Of a stretch of 64,000 nt of DNA, positions 59,384 through 64,000 are shown in pieces; position 1 is the first letter of the stretch; the number at the start of each line of letters is the position of its first letter. The stretch lies in assembly GCA_041576165.1 (NCBI GenBank), contig JBFGLM010000003.1, forward strand, positions 32,001 to 96,000, written 5' to 3'. A program made the translations under genes and the position numbers. A model generated the notes under the pieces. That model saw nothing but the letters and a program-made list of their open reading frames with translations, did no database searches and was not told the origin of the DNA. The DNA is from Acidimicrobiia bacterium. GTDB taxonomy: Bacteria; Actinomycetota; Acidimicrobiia; Spongiisociales; Spongiisociaceae.

Positions 59384-60443
59384 CGGGGTTCTCTGGGTAC
59401 TGGAACTTTATGAGCCCGCCGACCATCAACAGGATGACGAACACTGCGACGATGATCTCGCCGACACTCGGTGATAACCCGGCTCCCGCCTGCAGGCTGT
59501 TGCTCCCCACCCGCAGGATGGCGAAGAATCCGGCCGACGCGATGATCCACAACGGGTGAAGCCGGGCGACCAAGGCCACGCCGATCCCCACAAAACCGAA
59601 ATTCGCCGAGAAGTTCTGGAGCAGGGAGTGATCTCGACCTTGGACGATCAACGCCCCGGCCAGACCGGCGAATGCACCGGCGATGAGGAACGCTTGCACG
59701 GTGACCCGCTCGGTGCGAATACCGGCGAGTCGGGCCGTCCGCTCATTTGCTCCGATCGCTCGGATCGAAAACCCGAGCCGGGTCCGGCTGATGGCGATGA
59801 ACGCGATCACGGCCGAGGCGAGCGCGAGAAAGATCCCGATGTCAACCAGGGAACCCGACCAGGGTCGAGCGTACTCGGCGTTGACGGCGATGCTCTCTGT
59901 TCGCTGGACAAAGCCCTCCGGAAAGACGTCGAAGATCACCCACGCGGCCGTGAAGGTTGCCACGAAGTTCAGCATCAGCGTGGTCACGATCTCGCTGGCG
60001 TCGAACCGCGCCTTCAGCCAGCCGGGAATCGCGGCCCAGACGGCACCGGCCGCGATCGCCCCTGCCGTCACGGCTGCGATCAAGAGGACCCGGGGCCAGG
60101 TGTCGGGTAGGGCGATGCCCAGGACGGCTGCGGCCATGGCACCCGCGGTCATCTGGCCCTCGCCGCCGATGTTCCACAGCCGGGCTGAGAACGGGATGGC
60201 GGCCGCGAGCGCTACCAGGATCAGAATCCCCGACACCACGATCGTCTGACTCAGGTTGAATGTATTGCCGATCGAGCCGCTGATGAGTGTCCGGCCGACG
60301 TCGATGGGGCTGGCCCCGAGAATGGCGACCAGCACGGCCATTACGGCGAGCGTGCCGGCCAGCGCCAGCAGGGATCGCACCCAGCCGGGAAGCGTCCGGC
60401 CGGCGCCGGCCCGAACGAGGTTGGCGGGAACCGGCGTATCCAT
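59373..60443 (-). CDS. Nucleoside-type ABC permease
   Basis: WNIGGEGQ, SEIVTTLMLNF, GFVGIGVAL. Confidence 0.92.
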   Translation of the reverse strand: MDTPVPANLVRAGAGRTLPGWVRSLLALAGTLAVMAVLVAILGASPIDVGRTLISGSIGNTFNLSQTIVVSGILILVALAAAIPFSARLWNIGGEGQMTAGAMAAAVLGIALPDTWPRVLLIAAVTAGAIAAGAVWAAIPGWLKARFDASEIVTTLMLNFVATFTAAWVIFDVFPEGFVQRTESIAVNAEYARPWSGSLVDIGIFLALASAVIAFIAISRTRLGFSIRAIGANERTARLAGIRTERVTVQAFLIAGAFAGLAGALIVQGRDHSLLQNFSANFGFVGIGVALVARLHPLWIIASAGFFAILRVGSNSLQAGAGLSPSVGEIIVAVFVILLMVGGLIKFQYPENPDAH

Positions 60444-61424
60444 CTATGGCAGGAAGGCGCCGACGCCTTGAATCTCAGCAAGGCGCTTGCGATAGGCAAT
60501 TCCGGATGCGTCCGGCACTTTGAGGTGCAATTCGTCCCGAAGATCGGTCGGGATCTGCTCTGGACGCTGGCTCTCGACGACCGCCCGGTCCTGTTCCATG
60601 ATCGTGTGGGTGAAATCGATGAAACCTTGATCGTGGATTGGGTCCAGGTCGTAGTTGCGGGCGATCCAGAGGAACATGTGGGTCGTGGTGTCGTTGGTGG
60701 GGGAGGACGCCATTGAGATAAGTGTGCGGTCGCCGCTGGGGATGGTCTTGCGCAGATGGATCGTGAACGGGCCGGTCAGCCAGTACTCCCATTTGACTAT
60801 GTCATCTTCTCCTGAATGCAGGGTCGACGGCTCGGGCGCCTCGTACCAGTAATAGAGCATGCGACCCAGATTCTCGACGGTGTGCTCCGCGACCACCGTT
60901 CTCTCCCGGGAGCCGAGGATCCCTTCGTGAACGTATGGGAAGTGGGACAAATCCATGAAGTTCTCCACCGAACGGCCCGCGGACGTATTCCAGACGTAGT
61001 GATGAGACACGAACGTCCTGTATCCGGGGTCATCCCATTCATCGTTCGGGAAGGGCGGGATGTCTTCGACCGGTTCATCGAGCGCCAACCACACCAAGCC
61101 GAAACGCTCGGCCGTCCGGTAGACGATCGCCCTCGCCTTGGAGGGGATGGGCGAACCGGGTGGGAGCGACGGAATGTGAACGCAGGCACCGGTCTCGTCA
61201 TACGCCCAGCCGTGATAGCCGCTACGCAGGATGCCGTCTTCGATGAAACCACGCGACAGGGCAACGCCGCGGTGAATGCACAGGTCCTTGAATACCCGCA
61301 CCTCCCCTGACGGGGCGCGAAAGGCAACTAGGTCGTCGCCGAGCAGAGTGAACCGCTGGGGCTGGTCTCCGACGGCGGACGACTCGGCGATCGGGTGCCA
61401 GTAGTTCGCCAGGGTTGCTGCCAT
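60444..61424 (-). CDS. Rieske non-heme iron oxygenase, alpha subunit (VanA/NdmA-like demethylase type)
   Basis: YWHPIA, CIHRG...SGYHGW (second Rieske Cys is Ser), ENFMDLSHFPYVH, EQDRAVVESQ. Confidence 0.88.
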   Translation of the reverse strand: MAATLANYWHPIAESSAVGDQPQRFTLLGDDLVAFRAPSGEVRVFKDLCIHRGVALSRGFIEDGILRSGYHGWAYDETGACVHIPSLPPGSPIPSKARAIVYRTAERFGLVWLALDEPVEDIPPFPNDEWDDPGYRTFVSHHYVWNTSAGRSVENFMDLSHFPYVHEGILGSRERTVVAEHTVENLGRMLYYWYEAPEPSTLHSGEDDIVKWEYWLTGPFTIHLRKTIPSGDRTLISMASSPTNDTTTHMFLWIARNYDLDPIHDQGFIDFTHTIMEQDRAVVESQRPEQIPTDLRDELHLKVPDASGIAYRKRLAEIQGVGAFLP

Positions 61425-61441
61425 TGGACGACCCTCCTCGC

Positions 61442-61527
61442 CGGGCGATTGCCCCCGGACGCTACCAGTTATCATTGACCAGAGTGAAGAAGCATGCAGT
61501 GTCATTGAAGTCCGCGGGCGATTGCCC
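61442..61527. promoter_or_regulatory. Divergent promoter region flanked by a 13-bp direct repeat
   Basis: CGGGCGATTGCCC at 61442-61454 and 61515-61527, with an AT-richer core between them. Confidence 0.5.
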
Positions 61528-61557
61528 AGCGGCGTGTCGGTCCATGGAGCTCGCTCG

Positions 61558-61971
61558 ATGAGCGGAGGACCCGGCTACGAGCCGGTCATTCCGTCCCGGG
61601 CGCGGATCCTCCCCGACGACGACACGTGTCCAGAACTCCCGATCGTGGTCGAAAGCGGTAGAGCATGGGCCGTGGCCTGGCCAGGCTCGGGCGCTCACCT
61701 CCGTTCCATGCATCGCATCTCGCTGCCGGCCTCGGCTTCGACCGTCCCGCTCCGGCACCCGATGGAATCGGTCTACTACGTCATGGCGGGCGCGGCGGTG
61801 GCGCATGACCTCGATCTGCAGCAAGAACATCCGCTCACTCTCGGTTCGATGATCTTGATCGATCCGGGAACGCGTTACGAACTGGTGGCAGGTGATGAAG
61901 GGGCCGAGCTCGTCGGCGGACCTTGTCCACCCGACCCGGGCATGTACACACATTTGGGAGAGGGTCACTGA
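61558..61971 (+). CDS. Cupin domain protein A
   Basis: LRHPMESVYYVMAG, LIDPGTRY, VGGPCPPD. Confidence 0.8.
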   Translation: MSGGPGYEPVIPSRARILPDDDTCPELPIVVESGRAWAVAWPGSGAHLRSMHRISLPASASTVPLRHPMESVYYVMAGAAVAHDLDLQQEHPLTLGSMILIDPGTRYELVAGDEGAELVGGPCPPDPGMYTHLGEGH

Positions 61972-62372
61972 TGGCCATACACGTGCTGCACAAGGATGAA
62001 CCGGATCTCATGATGCCCATGAGTGCGGCGGACGCCCGCCTCATCGTGTGGGCGGGCCGCGGGTCGCAGACCGCCAACATGAACTACGTGGACATGCAGC
62101 CCGGTGAGCGGAACATCCCGCATACCCATAAGGGCTCGGAGGACACGCTGTATGTGATCGAGGGCCGCGGCACCATGGAGGATCTCAGTAACGGCCTCGA
62201 ACTTGCATTCGAGGCGCCGTGCGCAGTGCACGTGCCGGTCGGCCTGTGGCACGCCGTCAAGGCGGACCGGGGCAGCAACATCGAGAGTGTTGGCGGACCT
62301 TCGCCGGCCGACTGGAACATGCTGGTGCGGGTCGGCGGCTACCAACGGCTCACGATCGGGGACTCGCCGTGA
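61971..62372 (+). CDS. Cupin domain protein B (metal-binding)
   Basis: PHTHKGSEDTLYVIEGRG, VPVGLWHAV, VGGPSPAD. Confidence 0.88.
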   Translation: MAIHVLHKDEPDLMMPMSAADARLIVWAGRGSQTANMNYVDMQPGERNIPHTHKGSEDTLYVIEGRGTMEDLSNGLELAFEAPCAVHVPVGLWHAVKADRGSNIESVGGPSPADWNMLVRVGGYQRLTIGDSP

Positions 62373-63223
62373 GACATGAGATCACCATCGGACTCGCTCA
62401 GATCAGCGCTGAGCCTTACGAAGTCGAGGCAAACCGCAAGCTATGCGCGGACACCATCAGGGACGCCTTCGGACAAGGGGCCGACCTCGTGGTCCTGCCC
62501 GAGCTGATCATTCCCGGCTATGTAGCCGACGCCGCCCGGCTGTTTCCCATCGCCGAGCCGGTCGGTGGTGAAACGGTCCGCGAATGGACCGACCTGGCAG
62601 CCGAGGCCGGCGGCTACGTTGTCGGGGGCCTGGCCGAACGCGCCGGCGAGTCTCTGTACAACACCGCAGTTGCGGTCGGCCCGCAAGGACTGATCGGGCA
62701 TTACCGCAAAACCCACCTGTTCGCCGATGAGAAGGTGGCCTTCGCACCCGGCGATATGGGGTTCCCGGTGGTGCGGACCCGATTTGGGACCATCGGAATC
62801 TGCGTCTGCTACGACCTGAGGTTCGTGGAAGTCGTGCGGTTGATGGCTCTGCAGGGAGCCGACCTGATTTGTGTCCCGACCGCCTGGCTCCCCGGCTATG
62901 ACCAGCAGCGGTGGGACGCCGACGGCATGTCGCCCCAGGGTCGAGGCGCTGAACTCCAAGCCAATCTCAACCAGGTATTCATAGCCTGCGCCTCCCAGGC
63001 CGGCATCCACGGGCAATGCGACTTCCTTGGTTCGTCGATCCTCATCGACCCGTTCGGAAAGCGGCTGGTGGGCCCGCTGTCCGGCTCGGACGACGAAGTG
63101 GTGCTGGCCACGGTGGACATTGCCGATGCCAAGCGCTCCCAGGTACGGGGGGAGATGATCTCTCCGAGAGCGGACCGCCGCACGGACATCTACCAGATCG
63201 CAGTCGACGAGCAGCTGCTCTAA
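62369..63223 (+). CDS. Nitrilase-superfamily carbon-nitrogen hydrolase
   Basis: E-K-C triad: VVLPEL, YRKTHL, VCYDLRF. Confidence 0.92.
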   Translation: MRHEITIGLAQISAEPYEVEANRKLCADTIRDAFGQGADLVVLPELIIPGYVADAARLFPIAEPVGGETVREWTDLAAEAGGYVVGGLAERAGESLYNTAVAVGPQGLIGHYRKTHLFADEKVAFAPGDMGFPVVRTRFGTIGICVCYDLRFVEVVRLMALQGADLICVPTAWLPGYDQQRWDADGMSPQGRGAELQANLNQVFIACASQAGIHGQCDFLGSSILIDPFGKRLVGPLSGSDDEVVLATVDIADAKRSQVRGEMISPRADRRTDIYQIAVDEQLL

Positions 63224-63318
63224 TTCGTACGTCCACTCTGCCGTAGGCGAGGTGTCGCCGCGCTCGCTGGGCCGACCACCTAGCTTTGGCGGAGAGGTGG
63301 GACAGGAGGAGGCCGAGC

Positions 63319-63924
63319 ATGACCACCCCGGAGCAGCCCTTCTACCGGCGACGAGGATTCGTCATCGGCGCGATCGTCGTAGCGATTCCCGTGATCGCGG
63401 TCGGCTGGTACCTGTTGTCGCCCCTTTTCATCAACCGCACGGTCGAAGAAGAGTTTCCACGGGCGGCAATGGCGGCCGTACCGGCCGACATGACGGCAGA
63501 ACAGGTGGAACAGGAGATGATCGACGCCGAGGGGGACAATGTCGAGTCCACCGAGGATATGCCCGAGGCCGATCCCGTAGCGATCGTGACCGGAACCATC
63601 ATGGGAGCCGACTCGTTCCACCGTGGCTCCGGCACGGCCACCATCTACGAACTGGCTGATGGCTCGCGCATCCTCCGGCTCGAGGATCTCGATGTGACCA
63701 ACGGCCCGGATCTGCACGTCTTGCTCTCGCCGGTTGCAGCTCCCGAGAGCCGAGAGCAGGTAACGGCTGAGGGTTATGTCGACCTGGGAGGTTTGAAGGG
63801 CAATCGCGGGTCACAGAACTACGACATACCGGTGGATTTCGAGATCGGCGGAGAGCTAAGCGTGGTCATCTACTGCCAGCCTTTCCACGTCATATTCTCG
63901 ACCGCGACGCTCGACCCTGCCTGA
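63319..63924 (+). CDS. DM13 domain membrane protein
   Basis: TM + SPLFINRTVEE, HRGSG, NGPDLHVLL, DLGGLKGNRGSQNY, VVIYC..F. Confidence 0.88.
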   Translation: MTTPEQPFYRRRGFVIGAIVVAIPVIAVGWYLLSPLFINRTVEEEFPRAAMAAVPADMTAEQVEQEMIDAEGDNVESTEDMPEADPVAIVTGTIMGADSFHRGSGTATIYELADGSRILRLEDLDVTNGPDLHVLLSPVAAPESREQVTAEGYVDLGGLKGNRGSQNYDIPVDFEIGGELSVVIYCQPFHVIFSTATLDPA

Positions 63925-63957
63925 CGGCGGCAATTCTTCGTCGCTAGGGTCTCCCGA

Positions 63958-64000
63958 ATGCCGCGCCGATTGCGCTTCGCCGTCGTGGTCTTCGTCGTGA
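63958..64000 (+). CDS. Probable start of the next gene (partial)
   Basis: TAGGGT -10-like element 7 nt before the ATG; MPRRLRFAVVVFVV resembles a signal peptide. Confidence 0.35.
   Translation, partial: MPRRLRFAVVVFVV

Noticed and set aside
37829-63223. Canonical nicotine (pAO1-type) or caffeine (ndm) pathway
   Set aside because: Despite the KdhL-like and NdmA-like genes, the window has no 6-hydroxynicotine oxidase, dihydroxypyridine hydroxylase or NdmD-type reductase. The substrate is left unassigned.
28400-63300. Mobile genomic island or prophage
   Set aside because: I found no integrase, transposase, att-like repeats or obvious compositional shift, so I treated it as a metabolic cluster.

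Overview
This is a GC-rich, gene-dense actinobacterial chromosomal segment; Acidimicrobiia is my inference from gene content and style. I found no rRNA, tRNA, CRISPR array or recognisable mobile element. The left ~28 kb is mostly housekeeping: a PadR-regulated ABC exporter, menB, clpB, a Ycf46-like AAA ATPase, mscL, a five-repeat SdrD-B surface protein, the dnaK-grpE-(J/GrpE chimera)-dnaJ-hspR operon, TetR plus acyl-CoA dehydrogenase, and rpmB. Three things stand out. (1) A hidden selenoprotein: two ORFs that the track splits are one GrdB/PrdB-like reading frame (4862-5797, minus) joined by an in-frame TGA in a U-P-V-C motif, followed by a SECIS-like hairpin. (2) An extra gene between grpE and dnaJ fuses a J-domain and DnaJ C-terminal domains to a GrpE head domain, in the arrangement a tandem duplication would produce. 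(3) A ~35 kb catabolic island (28.5-63.2 kb), probably for an N-heterocyclic compound (inference). It carries an HpsN/HisD-like dehydrogenase, a CocE hydrolase, three molybdopterin large subunits with only one FAD and one FeS subunit, two single-chain triple-Rid proteins, two ABC importers, an OYE, an isochorismatase, a Rieske oxygenase with a Cys-to-Ser ligand change, twin cupins and a nitrilase. All assignments come from reading motifs by eye; no searches were run.
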